Shown: positions 19,824 through 29,951 of the stretch, one piece after another | How positions within the stretch are numbered: position 1 is the first letter of the stretch | Layout of the letters: the number at the start of each line of letters is the position of its first letter | NCBI GenBank assembly: GCA_964527425.1 | Contig: CAZGOA010000001.1 | Coordinates: forward strand, 179,273-243,272 | Direction: 5' to 3' | Source of the DNA: an uncultured Gammaproteobacteria bacterium | Lineage (GTDB): Bacteria > Patescibacteriota > Microgenomatia > UBA10105 > UBA927 | DNA: 64,000 nucleotides | The notes under the pieces: generated by a model | What the model saw: only the letters and a program-made list of their open reading frames with translations | Database searches by the model: none | What the model was told of the DNA's origin: nothing | Made by a program: the position numbers and the translations under genes

Positions 19824-19862
19824 TTAGCACTTAACTATAACAACTGCTAAAACTCCCGTCAA
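19824..19862 (-). promoter_or_regulatory. lon promoter with CIRCE (HrcA operator)
   Basis: TTGACG-17-TATAGT overlapped by TTAGCAGTT-N9-AAGTGCTAA (19850-19824), close to the consensus TTAGCACTC-N9-GAGTGCTAA. Confidence 0.75.
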
Positions 19863-19888
19863 GTCTCTGATTTACAGTACAACAGATA

Positions 19889-20743
19889 CTAAATAAATTC
19901 TTGAAGTAAATCATTAAAAAATGGAGTTTCCAGAGATTGTTCTACTAACGGCTTTTCTTGTAATGCTGGCTCTAGAGATTCTGCAGTTGGACGGTCTTCT
20001 TTGTAGAGAATTCCTAACGGAATTTTATCACCCCATTCTTGCGCTTTTTCATACGCTTTTAGTTTGTTAGTCGGATCATAATCATCGTTTACATAATACA
20101 CTCTTTCTCTATACCACTGATATGTATGAACTTTGTCAAACGTGACACATGGTTGTAAGACATCTACTAATGAAAAGCCTTTATGTTGAACAGCTTGAGT
20201 TAAAAGATTTGTTAAACCGACCGTATCTCCTGAAAATCCGCGAGCTACAAACGTCGCTCCTGTAGTAATAGCTAAGGATAATGGATTAATAGGGTTGTCT
20301 GTCACCCCTTCTGGTGTTGACTTAGTCTTAAATCCTTGTTTAGCTGCTGGAGAAGCCTGACCTGTAGTTAAGCCGTATACTTGATTATCATGTAAAATTA
20401 CTGTGACATCGGGATTTCGTTTTGCTGCATGAATGAAATGATTTCCTCCTTCACCAAGCCCATCACCGTCTCCTGAAATACATATTACTGGAAGATTGTG
20501 ATTTGCTAATTTTATTGCTTGTGCAACAGGCAACGTTCTTCCATGAAGGCCTACAAATCCGTATATTTTCATCCAATTATACATATTGCCATGACAACCT
20601 ACACCGTACACACACACTCCATCGTCAGTTCCTATATCCATTTTGACCAACGCATCTTTTAGTGACGACCAAATTCCAAAATCTCCACATCCGGGACACC
20701 AAGTTGGCATATGATTGGTTAAAAATGAACTTTGAGTTACCAT
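19889..20743 (-). CDS. 2-oxoacid:ferredoxin oxidoreductase beta subunit
   Basis: TWCPGCGDF, GDGD, YGLTTGQASP. Confidence 0.93.
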   Translation of the reverse strand: MVTQSSFLTNHMPTWCPGCGDFGIWSSLKDALVKMDIGTDDGVCVYGVGCHGNMYNWMKIYGFVGLHGRTLPVAQAIKLANHNLPVICISGDGDGLGEGGNHFIHAAKRNPDVTVILHDNQVYGLTTGQASPAAKQGFKTKSTPEGVTDNPINPLSLAITTGATFVARGFSGDTVGLTNLLTQAVQHKGFSLVDVLQPCVTFDKVHTYQWYRERVYYVNDDYDPTNKLKAYEKAQEWGDKIPLGILYKEDRPTAESLEPALQEKPLVEQSLETPFFNDLLQEFI

Positions 20744-20804
20744 ATATTTTTTTTCATCTTTGTTCTAACGTCTTAAATCTAATTTGTCTTGAGACTGTTG
20801 AGAG

Positions 20805-22544
20805 TCAGGATGATATTTGTTCTATAATTTCTTCTGGAAAAAAAGGCCTCCCATCATATTTTAGTATTCGATTACTTATTTCTATTCCTGTATGTTCTCG
20901 TATAAGTGATGCTAATTGTGCAGTTCCATTTTGTTCTATATCTATATATCGACATTCTTTTGAGAAAAGTTCCTGTGTTTGTTTTTCAGGAAATGGATAT
21001 ATCCATTGATATTGTATAACTCTGACTTTTTTACCGTTAGTATTCAACATAGTCATAGCCTCAAGTACTGGACCAACTGTTGAACCCCATGTAACGAGAG
21101 TTATTTCTGGTGTATCTTGCTCACCATATACTTTAGGTGCCCATATATCAGACTGCATTGCTTTTATTTTTTGTAACCGCTTATCAGCCATTTTTTTACG
21201 CATCTTTGGGTCTTCTGTTACTAAACCATGCTCATCATGTTCATATGCATTAGAAAAAAACTGACCTTTTTTCATGCCGGGAAGACTTCGAGTAGATACG
21301 CCATCTGACACGTCTAAGGAGTACCGTTTAAAGTCTTCATGAGCAAGAAGCTCATCCTGACTGATTAACTTTCCTCTATCTATATTAAAAGGTGCTTCTA
21401 ATGTTTTTTTGTTAACTGTCCACTGGCTTTCGTTTAAATATTTATCTGTAAGTACAAAAACAGGAATTTGATATTTGTCAGCTAAATTAAAGGCCTCTGC
21501 AGTACAGGTAAAACATTCTTCACAATTACCAGGTGCCAGAACAATTCTTGCAAATTCTCCGTGACCCGCTCGTATAGCAAATTGAAGTTCACCTGCTTCT
21601 GTCCATGTAGGCATTCCTGTTGCAGGTCCAACTCTCATTCCTAAATCTATAACTACTGGAACTTCCATAATACCTGCCAGGGATAACGCTTCAACCATGA
21701 GCGCAAACCCTCCACCTGACGTTGCTACCATACTTCTTACACCAGCATATGATGCTCCTACAGCCATATTCATGCCTGCAATCTCATCTTCTGGCTGCTT
21801 ATAAACGATACCTAATTGTTTAGCGTGATCTGCCAGAAAAGTAATTACTGCGTTAATTGGCGTCATAGGATAAATGGCTGCAAACTTCATGCCAGCTTTT
21901 ATCGCACCGAGGGCTAATGATTCACTTGCATTTAAAATTAACTGGTCTTGTTCTTTTTCACGTTTTTCAAGAAAAAATTCTTGATATTGTGAATAATTTG
22001 ATTTGACATGATCGTATCCCACTTTAGCTAAATCAATATTGTAGTTCACTACCTGCTCACCTTTTTTTGAAAACTGATCGGCAATTACTTCCTGTAACCA
22101 TTCAAAATTTCCATCTAATACAGCAACCGTTGCACCAAGTAAAATGGTATTACGCATTACTGGATCTGCATTTTTTTGTCGTACCATTTCTTTTAACGTA
22201 ATAGGTAATAATTGTACAGGTTTTGAAAAATCTTCCGCTTTCCAGTCATAATCTTGAGGGTCATACAGCACGATTGCGTTATCTAATAATTCATCTTTGT
22301 GTAATGTTACTGTTTCTTTATTCAATGCAGCCAGAATGTGAACATCTTTATTTAACGCATAAAAAGGTTCTTTTGAAACACGAACCGTAATTAGATTATG
22401 TCCTCCTCTGATTAACGAAGGATATTCATTTGTAGCCAGAATGTGATACCCATGTCGCGAAAATGTACGAGCTAACATTGTCCCGGAAGACATTATTCCA
22501 AACCCTGCTTCGCCGCCTATTTTCCAAGTAATTGAAGGACGCAT
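20805..22544 (-). CDS. 2-oxoacid:ferredoxin oxidoreductase alpha subunit (gamma-alpha fusion)
   Basis: GGEAGFGI, YPSLIRGGHN, YPMTP, EDEIA, ATSGGGFALM. Confidence 0.93.
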   Translation of the reverse strand: MRPSITWKIGGEAGFGIMSSGTMLARTFSRHGYHILATNEYPSLIRGGHNLITVRVSKEPFYALNKDVHILAALNKETVTLHKDELLDNAIVLYDPQDYDWKAEDFSKPVQLLPITLKEMVRQKNADPVMRNTILLGATVAVLDGNFEWLQEVIADQFSKKGEQVVNYNIDLAKVGYDHVKSNYSQYQEFFLEKREKEQDQLILNASESLALGAIKAGMKFAAIYPMTPINAVITFLADHAKQLGIVYKQPEDEIAGMNMAVGASYAGVRSMVATSGGGFALMVEALSLAGIMEVPVVIDLGMRVGPATGMPTWTEAGELQFAIRAGHGEFARIVLAPGNCEECFTCTAEAFNLADKYQIPVFVLTDKYLNESQWTVNKKTLEAPFNIDRGKLISQDELLAHEDFKRYSLDVSDGVSTRSLPGMKKGQFFSNAYEHDEHGLVTEDPKMRKKMADKRLQKIKAMQSDIWAPKVYGEQDTPEITLVTWGSTVGPVLEAMTMLNTNGKKVRVIQYQWIYPFPEKQTQELFSKECRYIDIEQNGTAQLASLIREHTGIEISNRILKYDGRPFFPEEIIEQISS

Positions 22545-22623
22545 AATAATAGACTATCACATTATCGACAGTTGTTAATATACCTACTGTCGGGATATGT
22601 TTGTTTGATCATTCACAACATAG

Positions 22624-22800
22624 TTAATCGCCACAACAAGGATCTTTATATCCACAGTTTTCACAATGTGCATCATGACCACCCGGCATTCCATATAAAT
22701 CACATCCACAAGAAGGACACGAACGAGCATTCCATTGTCTGGGAAGTGGAACAGAAGATGTTTGGACGTTAGAAATATCAGGGATAGATTTGTTTTCCAT
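22624..22800 (-). CDS. Cys-rich zinc-ribbon/rubredoxin-like microprotein (58 aa, not in the ORF track)
   Basis: MENKSIPDISNVQTSSVPLPRQWNARSCPSCGCDLYGMPGGHDAHCENCGYKDPCCGD*; start overlaps the ferredoxin end. Confidence 0.75.
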   Translation of the reverse strand: MENKSIPDISNVQTSSVPLPRQWNARSCPSCGCDLYGMPGGHDAHCENCGYKDPCCGD

Positions 22801-23032
22801 CTTTATCAGTGATAATAATTGCCATAACTGGACATCCTTTGGCAGCGTTTAATAAGGTTTCATCTGTTTCCTGATCTGCTGTATCTAATATTATTGCTTT
22901 TGCTTCATCATCAAGCGTCCATGCTTTAGGTGCTATTGCTATACATGTTGCTGCACCAATACAAAGACTTCTGTCTATGCTCATTGTTGTGTTACGAATG
23001 ACTCGTTGCTGCTTAGGGTCGCGTTGATCCAT
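22778..23032 (-). CDS. Ferredoxin (single-cluster, 3Fe-4S type)
   Basis: CIGAATC...AAKGCPVMAI. Confidence 0.85.
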   Translation of the reverse strand: MDQRDPKQQRVIRNTTMSIDRSLCIGAATCIAIAPKAWTLDDEAKAIILDTADQETDETLLNAAKGCPVMAIIITDKDGKQIYP

Positions 23033-23071
23033 ATTTATTACTTATATCTAAACCTACTGATTATCACAAGT

Positions 23072-23461
23072 CTAAAGATTAGGTTTTAGTGAAGTAGTTA
23101 ACGCCTTTTGAAGAACTTGGAGCGGTAATACTCCACATTTTGTTCGAGAAGGTGTTAACTGAGTCCCTAACATCTCTACAATATCATTCACAGTAAGTTT
23201 CTTAACTGCCTCAATAGTCATACCTTTTACTTTTTCTGTAAGCATAGATGCTGACGCTTGACTAATAGCACACCCTTCTCCAGAAAATCGAATATCTGAA
23301 ATATAGGAGTTTTTACCTTTGTATTCTATAGAAATTTCCATATTAATTCTGTCTCCACAACTCACATTTGCATCACTTACTATGGAATCTGCATGATCTA
23401 AATGTCCAAAATTTCTGGGGTTTTTGTAATGATCTAAAATAATTTCTCTGTATATATCCAT
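23072..23461 (-). CDS. sufU: SUF scaffold/sulfur-transfer protein (SufU/IscU family)
   Basis: YREIILDHYKNPRN, SCGD, GCAISQASAS, RTKC. Confidence 0.9.
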   Translation of the reverse strand: MDIYREIILDHYKNPRNFGHLDHADSIVSDANVSCGDRINMEISIEYKGKNSYISDIRFSGEGCAISQASASMLTEKVKGMTIEAVKKLTVNDIVEMLGTQLTPSRTKCGVLPLQVLQKALTTSLKPNL

Positions 23462-23462
23462 G

Positions 23463-24692
23463 TTATTTATTAAATACTGTATAAATATTTCCTAGGGATT
23501 TAACCAACACATCAATTTCTTCTTTTGTTGTGTATAAATAAAACGAAGCTCTCGCTGTTGAAGATACGTTCATCTCAATATGTAAAGGCATTGCACAATG
23601 ATTACCTGAACGAATACAAATATTATCGTCGTTGAGCATTTGTGCTATATCATGTGGATGTGCACCTTTCATGGTAAAAGAAATCACACCACCGCGAAAC
23701 TGAGTCTCTTTGGGACCATATACTGTTATATATGGTAATTGTTCCAATTGGTGTAAGGCATAAGAAGTAATTTCTTCTTCATGTTTTCTTATTTGATCCA
23801 TTCCAATACTGGACAAATACGTAATTGCACTCCCAAATGCTATTACTTCTCCAATTGCTGGTGTTCCAGCCTCGAATTTATGTGGTATTTCTTTATATGT
23901 TGTCTTTTCGTTTGTAACCTCCCCAATCATTTCACCACCATATAAAAAAGGAGATAGTTCTTCTAATCGTTCTTTTTTACCCCACAAAACGCCAACTCCT
24001 GTTGGACCGAGCATCTTATGTCCTGAACACGCCACAAAATCTGCATCCCATTGGTTTACATTTACATGCATATGAGGAATAGCTTGCGCAGCATCTACAA
24101 CAACGATACAGGAAGGATTAATTGTTCTGACAGCTTTGACTATTTTTTCTACCGGATTTATAGTACCTAACACATTGGATACAGCAGTAAATGCAAATAT
24201 TTTGGTTGTTTTATCAATATAAGTATTGAGCACCGACACATCGAGTGGTGCATCATGAGGGACAGATAGTACTTTAAACGACGCCTGTTTTTTTAATGCT
24301 AATTGTTGCCACGGCACAAAATTAGAATGATGTTCAAGTGCAGTTACAACGACAGAATCACTTTTATCTAAACGTTCCGAAAGCCAACTATAGGCAACTA
24401 TATTTAGCGCTTCTGTTGCATTTCTCACAAAAATAACCTGTTCTGGATCTGAATGGACGAAGGCTGCAAATAGCGTTCTTGTTTTTTCATATAATTCTGT
24501 GGCTTCTTCGGAAATGGTATATATTCCTCTAAAAATATTGGCTGAATACTTACTCATATAGTCATTCATTGCTTGGATAACTTTAGTTGGCTTTAATGTT
24601 GTTGCTGTTGAGTCAAGATAGACAAGAGGTTTATTGTTTATGGTTCTTTTAAGAATTGGAAAATCTTTACGTATTGATGTGAGATTAATCAT
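23463..24692 (-). CDS. sufS: Cysteine desulfurase
   Basis: YLDSTAT, EHHSN, SGHKMLGPTG, RSGNHCAMP. Confidence 0.95.
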   Translation of the reverse strand: MINLTSIRKDFPILKRTINNKPLVYLDSTATTLKPTKVIQAMNDYMSKYSANIFRGIYTISEEATELYEKTRTLFAAFVHSDPEQVIFVRNATEALNIVAYSWLSERLDKSDSVVVTALEHHSNFVPWQQLALKKQASFKVLSVPHDAPLDVSVLNTYIDKTTKIFAFTAVSNVLGTINPVEKIVKAVRTINPSCIVVVDAAQAIPHMHVNVNQWDADFVACSGHKMLGPTGVGVLWGKKERLEELSPFLYGGEMIGEVTNEKTTYKEIPHKFEAGTPAIGEVIAFGSAITYLSSIGMDQIRKHEEEITSYALHQLEQLPYITVYGPKETQFRGGVISFTMKGAHPHDIAQMLNDDNICIRSGNHCAMPLHIEMNVSSTARASFYLYTTKEEIDVLVKSLGNIYTVFNK

Positions 24693-24701
24693 AGTTAACC
24701 A

Positions 24702-25013
24702 TTATACTTCTATATAAATATCATTCCCTGTAATTTTCACCTTATATGACCCTACAGGTTGTGTTGCAGGAAGTGATAAGACATCACCTGTTGTGATATC
24801 AAACTGTGCTCCATGACATCCACAGATAACAGCTGTCCCATCAAGAAATCCTTGTGTACCCAATGAACATTGGGCATGACTACAGGTATCATCTATTACA
24901 AAATATTCTCCTTCTACACAAGCAAGCGCTATTCTTTTACCAGCGACACGGATAGTTTTCATAGTACCTTCTACCACATCTGTTATTTCGGCAATTTTTA
25001 TCCATTCTGCCAT
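24702..25013 (-). CDS. Rieske [2Fe-2S] ferredoxin
   Basis: CSH...CGCHG. Confidence 0.9.
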   Translation of the reverse strand: MAEWIKIAEITDVVEGTMKTIRVAGKRIALACVEGEYFVIDDTCSHAQCSLGTQGFLDGTAVICGCHGAQFDITTGDVLSLPATQPVGSYKVKITGNDIYIEV

Positions 25014-25633
25014 AAATACTCCATTATTTTTTTTTCGTATGTTTCATGTTCTATTTTTGAAATCGCATCTTGCAGAAATCCTCTCACAATTAATTCTATT
25101 CCTTGTTGTTCATCAATACCTCTACTCTTCATATAAAAGAGTTGATCTGGATTTACATGACCAATCGTTGCTCCGTGGGTACATCGAACATCGTTGGCTA
25201 GTATTTCTAAAGAAGGTTTACTTTGTGCATGAGATTTTTCGGATATCATTAAATTTTCATTCCGTTGATAGGCATCAGTCTTTTGACCTTGTTTTTCAAC
25301 TCGAATGGCCCCGTCAAACGAAAATGTCGACTCGTCTGTTAATACACTCTTAATCAACAAATTACTTGAAGTATCAACAGCCTGATGATGTTGAAGTGTT
25401 TTTAAAGAAATATGATTTTTCTTGCTGTTGAAAAATACACCAATGATTCGTGCACTTGAACCTTTGCCTTTTAATCGAATATACATTTCACCACTAATAT
25501 GTTTCTTAGGAGCTGCATATACAACAAGGGTTAAACTACTTCCTTCCATCACGCTATAATCTCCTGATGCTTCTTCTTCAAGATCGTGAAGTACTATCTC
25601 TTTTTTATAGGAAGATATTGTTTTACCCTTCAT
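24998..25633 (-). CDS. sufD: Fe-S assembly protein SufD (short)
   Basis: PSLEILANDVRCTHGAT, FYMKSRGI. Confidence 0.9.
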   Translation of the reverse strand: MKGKTISSYKKEIVLHDLEEEASGDYSVMEGSSLTLVVYAAPKKHISGEMYIRLKGKGSSARIIGVFFNSKKNHISLKTLQHHQAVDTSSNLLIKSVLTDESTFSFDGAIRVEKQGQKTDAYQRNENLMISEKSHAQSKPSLEILANDVRCTHGATIGHVNPDQLFYMKSRGIDEQQGIELIVRGFLQDAISKIEHETYEKKIMEYLWQNG

Positions 25634-25638
25634 ACGTA

Positions 25639-27036
25639 TTATCCTATTGATCCTTCCATTTGTAACTGAATAAGTCTATTCATTTCTACCGCGTACTCTA
25701 AAGGTAATTCTTTAACGATTGGTTCGATAAAACCATTAACAACCATTGATTCTGCCATTTCACCTTTGATTCCCCTGCTTTGAAGATAAAATAATTGTTC
25801 GTCACCAATTTTTGACACTGTTGCTTCATGTTCTATTTGAACTTGTTTTTCATGGATTTGCATATCTGGGTAGGTGTCTGAACGAGATTGCTCATCGAGT
25901 AGTAAGGCATCACATACAACTTTACTTTTGCAATTGAAAGCAGCTTTATCAACTTGCACTAACCCACGGTAGGATGTTCTCCCACCATGTTTACTTATCG
26001 ATTTTGAAATGATCTGCGATGTTGTTTCTGAAGCAACATGTATCGCTTTTCCTCCAGCATCTTGATGCTGTCCTTTTCCTGCATACGCGATTGATAATAC
26101 CTCTCCTCTCGCTTTACGTCCCATTAAGTACACACTTGGGTATTTCATGGTAACTTTACTTCCTAAATTTCCATCAACCCATTCCATTGTTCCTTCTTCT
26201 TCAACACGGGCACGTTTTGTAACGAGATTATAGACGTTGGTACTCCAATTTTGAACAGTAGTATATCGTACACGTGCTTGTTTTTTTACTATTATTTCTA
26301 CAACAGCACTATGTAAAGAATCTGTTGTATATATTGGTGCAGTGCATCCTTCAACATAATGTACGTAACTTCCTTCATCAGCAATAATCAGTGTTCGTTC
26401 AAATTGACCCATATTTGCAGCATTTATTCTGAAATATGCCTGAAGAGGCAACTGTACATGCACACCTTTAGGGACATAAACGAATGAGCCACCTGACCAT
26501 ACAGCGGAGTTAAGGGCAGCAAATTTATTATCAAGTGGAGGTATAACGGTACCAAAATAGGTCTGTACAAGTTCTGGATATTCTCGCAATCCGGAGTCCA
26601 TGTCTAAAAAAATAACTCCTTGTTTGGACAACGATTCATGAATACTTTTATAGACAACTTCTGATTCGTATTGTGCGCTGACACCAGCTAAAAACTTTTT
26701 TTCTGCCTCTGGCATTCCAATTCGATCATATGTCTCTTTAATTTCTGGTGGTAACTCTTCCCAAGAGGCAGCTTTATCTTTTGTAGGTTTAATATAATAG
26801 TAGATATCTTCAAAATTAATCCCTGATAAATCTGCTCCCCAAGGAGGCATTGATTTTTTTCGAAAATAAGTATGACTTTTTAATCGAAACTGTCTCATCC
26901 ACTCTGGTTCATTTTTATAACCACTGATATCTTTTATTACCTGTTCGTTTAAGCCTTTTTGGGATTTATACACATAATTCTCTGGTTTTGAAAAACCCAT
27001 GGTATACGTATCATTTATAAGCTGTTGATTTGTCAT
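25639..27036 (-). CDS. sufB: Fe-S assembly protein SufB
   Basis: [27 protein letters not shown]. Confidence 0.96.
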   Translation of the reverse strand: MTNQQLINDTYTMGFSKPENYVYKSQKGLNEQVIKDISGYKNEPEWMRQFRLKSHTYFRKKSMPPWGADLSGINFEDIYYYIKPTKDKAASWEELPPEIKETYDRIGMPEAEKKFLAGVSAQYESEVVYKSIHESLSKQGVIFLDMDSGLREYPELVQTYFGTVIPPLDNKFAALNSAVWSGGSFVYVPKGVHVQLPLQAYFRINAANMGQFERTLIIADEGSYVHYVEGCTAPIYTTDSLHSAVVEIIVKKQARVRYTTVQNWSTNVYNLVTKRARVEEEGTMEWVDGNLGSKVTMKYPSVYLMGRKARGEVLSIAYAGKGQHQDAGGKAIHVASETTSQIISKSISKHGGRTSYRGLVQVDKAAFNCKSKVVCDALLLDEQSRSDTYPDMQIHEKQVQIEHEATVSKIGDEQLFYLQSRGIKGEMAESMVVNGFIEPIVKELPLEYAVEMNRLIQLQMEGSIG

Positions 27037-27051
27037 ATTAGAACATACTGT

Positions 27052-27861
27052 TTAGGATACATACTGCTTATATCCATTTTCTTCTATTTCGCGTGCAAGA
27101 TTTGCATCTCCTTGTTTCACAACATGACCTTTTACGAGTACATGCACATGATCTGGTGAAATGTAAGAGAGTAGTCGTTGATAGTGTGTAATGATAATGA
27201 CGCCAGTTCCTTGTTTTTTAAGCATGTCTATTCCTGACGCTACTACTTTTAATGCATCGACATCAAGACCAGTATCAATCTCATCAAAAATTGCATATTT
27301 TGGAGCTAATATAAGTGCCTGTAACATTTCGAGTTTCTTTTTTTCTCCACCAGAAAATCCATCATGTATGCCTCTGGTTAAAAACGTATCATCCATATGA
27401 AGTATTTTGGCAAAGTCTTTTATTTTTTGCATAAATTCTGATAAGGAAATATCTGAGGCATTCCATCGTCTATCTAATACTGGATTTTGAGTCGTTTTCT
27501 GGACTCTTGAGGGATCTTTATGAATTTCTTGATATGCAGTTCTCATTAAATTAATCACACTTACACCTGGTACTGCTATTGGTGATTGAAACGCCAAAAA
27601 TAATCCGTATTTTGCTCTTTCTTCTGGTTCCTGGTTGCTCAACTCATTTTTACCAATTTTTATTGAAACGTTACTATTGCATTCATATCCTGGATGTCCC
27701 ATTAAAGCGTAGGCCAATGTTGATTTTCCACTTCCGTTGGGACCCATCACTGCATGAACTGTGCCTGGCTGAATTGTCAATGATACTCCATGTAATATTT
27801 CTTTTCCTTCAACGGAGACTTTTAAGTTTTGAATATTAAGTGATTCTTTATTTTTTTTCAT
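27052..27861 (-). CDS. sufC: Fe-S assembly ATPase SufC
   Basis: GPNGSGKSTL, FSGGEKK, DEIDTGLD. Confidence 0.95.
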   Translation of the reverse strand: MKKNKESLNIQNLKVSVEGKEILHGVSLTIQPGTVHAVMGPNGSGKSTLAYALMGHPGYECNSNVSIKIGKNELSNQEPEERAKYGLFLAFQSPIAVPGVSVINLMRTAYQEIHKDPSRVQKTTQNPVLDRRWNASDISLSEFMQKIKDFAKILHMDDTFLTRGIHDGFSGGEKKKLEMLQALILAPKYAIFDEIDTGLDVDALKVVASGIDMLKKQGTGVIIITHYQRLLSYISPDHVHVLVKGHVVKQGDANLAREIEENGYKQYVS

Positions 27862-27866
27862 ATGAT

Positions 27867-28688
27867 TTATAATGTCGTTGAAACGGAATCTTTTTTACCC
27901 ATAAATATTTCTTCCTCTCCTTGCATTCGCAATATGTAATACTCTTGATATACCAATGGTTGAGAATCTATTAAAATAAATTTTTCTACATCCTCGCGCT
28001 GTGTTTTATGTTTAGATAAGGCTCGAATTTTTTGTTCAGTATATTCAGATATATCAATAACCGTTGTTATTTTTTTGTCATCAATAAGCGGCCATGGTTT
28101 TCCATATGATTCTTGTGGCACTACATCATGTTTCAAAAGGAATTCTGAAACTTCTTGCGGTATACATCCATAATATAATTTCGGTTCTTCACGATGAGTA
28201 TACCCTCCTAATTTTGTCACAAACTTACGACGTGGATCCCTTGAACCTAACATTTCACCTTTAACAAAATAATTCGCATACTTTTGAAAGGCATACGTAG
28301 CAGAAAGACAAACTTTGATATGATCTGGATGATTCGTTATTCCCCTAGGTTCAAATGTAACAACAATATCTGGTTCAATTTCTTTTAATTTTTTATATAA
28401 TTTGTCTTCTAATTCTCCTGGTTCTATATTTTTTAGCTTTCCGTCCATATAATCCATCATCTGTATTTTTTTTATACCAAGCACAAAGGATGCTTCTTCC
28501 AATTCTTTAATCCTCGCTTGCGCATACTGTTCTTGTGTTTCAAATCCATGTTCTGCCCATTCTAACTGACCGGAGGTTACACAGATAAGTTCTACTATAT
28601 CCCCTTGTTTTGCATATTTTGCTATTGTGCCTCCTGCGAGAAATGATTCATCGTCAGGGTGAGCAAAAATAAAGAGTAATTTTTTCAT
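27867..28688 (-). CDS. PIG-L family deacetylase (MshB/BshB-like)
   Basis: AHPDDE, HPDH, KIRALSKHKTQ. Confidence 0.88.
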   Translation of the reverse strand: MKKLLFIFAHPDDESFLAGGTIAKYAKQGDIVELICVTSGQLEWAEHGFETQEQYAQARIKELEEASFVLGIKKIQMMDYMDGKLKNIEPGELEDKLYKKLKEIEPDIVVTFEPRGITNHPDHIKVCLSATYAFQKYANYFVKGEMLGSRDPRRKFVTKLGGYTHREEPKLYYGCIPQEVSEFLLKHDVVPQESYGKPWPLIDDKKITTVIDISEYTEQKIRALSKHKTQREDVEKFILIDSQPLVYQEYYILRMQGEEEIFMGKKDSVSTTL

Positions 28689-28981
28689 AACGTATGGGTA
28701 TCCTAAACCATTTTACTTAGTGCTACAATCCATATAATAATGCGTACTTATTATAATTTACCTATCGTTACAGACGACACAGTACTGTATTTAATCAAAT
28801 TCTATATAACTCGAAAACGTTTTTATTGTCAGATATGTTATAACTTCCTTCAAACAATTATACGAATTTTGACAGTATATCATCTGAACTCACTTATGAT
28901 AAATCAGAGAGCAAGTAACATCTCTGTCTTAAAATACACTGTAAAACTGTAAAATAATATAGTTGTTAAAAACATATACCT

Positions 28982-29950
28982 ATGAAAACAATACGATTGA
29001 GCACTTCTAATTCTGATATACAACAAGCTGCAAAATTATTACGTTCTGGTGAACTTGTTGCTTTTCCAACTGAAACTGTGTATGGATTAGGTGCATCTAT
29101 ACTTCAACCACAAGCTATTACTGCTATTTATACAGTAAAAGGGAGAGCCAAAGACAATCCATTAATTGCCCATATATCTGACCGTTCTCAACTATCACTG
29201 TTAACGGATGAAGTTTCCGATATGGCTCACATACTTATGGATGCATTTTTTCCTGGTCCTTTAACGATTGTATTTCCAAAACACCCAACACTGTCACCTG
29301 TTGTTACCTCAGGTTTAGAGACGATTGCAGTTAGAATGCCTTCCCATCCAGTGGCACATGCACTCATTGCTGCTTGCCGTGTCCCTTTGGTTGCTCCTTC
29401 TGCAAATCTTTCAGGTCATCCTAGTCCTACAACTGCACAACACGTGTTACAAGATTTGGATACACGAATTGCTGCTGTGATTGATGGTGGTACTTGTACA
29501 GTAGGAATTGAATCAACAGTACTTGATATAACCCAAAACCCCATTATTTTGCGTCCGGGTATTATCACAAAGGAAGAAATTGAACATGTCATTAAAACCC
29601 CTGTAGCATCTATTGTTGGAGCAATAGATACTGAAGCACCCGTTGCTTCTCCGGGAATGAAATATCGACATTATGCACCGAATGCTCCAGTAGTTGTTCT
29701 TAAATCATTACCACTGCTTGAAGAAGAATTACAGAAAAACCCTTATAAGCAGAGTATGGTAATTACTAATCAACAACTATCACCTTCCCTCCCTGTTTCT
29801 TTTGTACGTCCCTTGACAGAATATGATCTCTATGCCAACTTTAGGGAAGCGAATACTCTTGGTGTAGATCGAATTTATATACTTCTTGATAGCGATATAC
29901 AAAAACATGTAGGACTTATGAATAGAATTGAAAAAGCCAGTCAAACATAG
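28982..29950 (+). CDS. L-threonylcarbamoyladenylate synthase (Sua5 type)
   Basis: AFPTETVYGLG, KGR..DNPLI, PSANLSG, SPGMKYRHYAP. Confidence 0.93.
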   Translation: MKTIRLSTSNSDIQQAAKLLRSGELVAFPTETVYGLGASILQPQAITAIYTVKGRAKDNPLIAHISDRSQLSLLTDEVSDMAHILMDAFFPGPLTIVFPKHPTLSPVVTSGLETIAVRMPSHPVAHALIAACRVPLVAPSANLSGHPSPTTAQHVLQDLDTRIAAVIDGGTCTVGIESTVLDITQNPIILRPGIITKEEIEHVIKTPVASIVGAIDTEAPVASPGMKYRHYAPNAPVVVLKSLPLLEEELQKNPYKQSMVITNQQLSPSLPVSFVRPLTEYDLYANFREANTLGVDRIYILLDSDIQKHVGLMNRIEKASQT

Positions 29951-29951
29951 C

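Noticed and set aside
28740-28952. 70-aa ORF between PIG-L and Sua5
   Set aside because: No motif, and it lies in a divergent promoter region; likely spurious.
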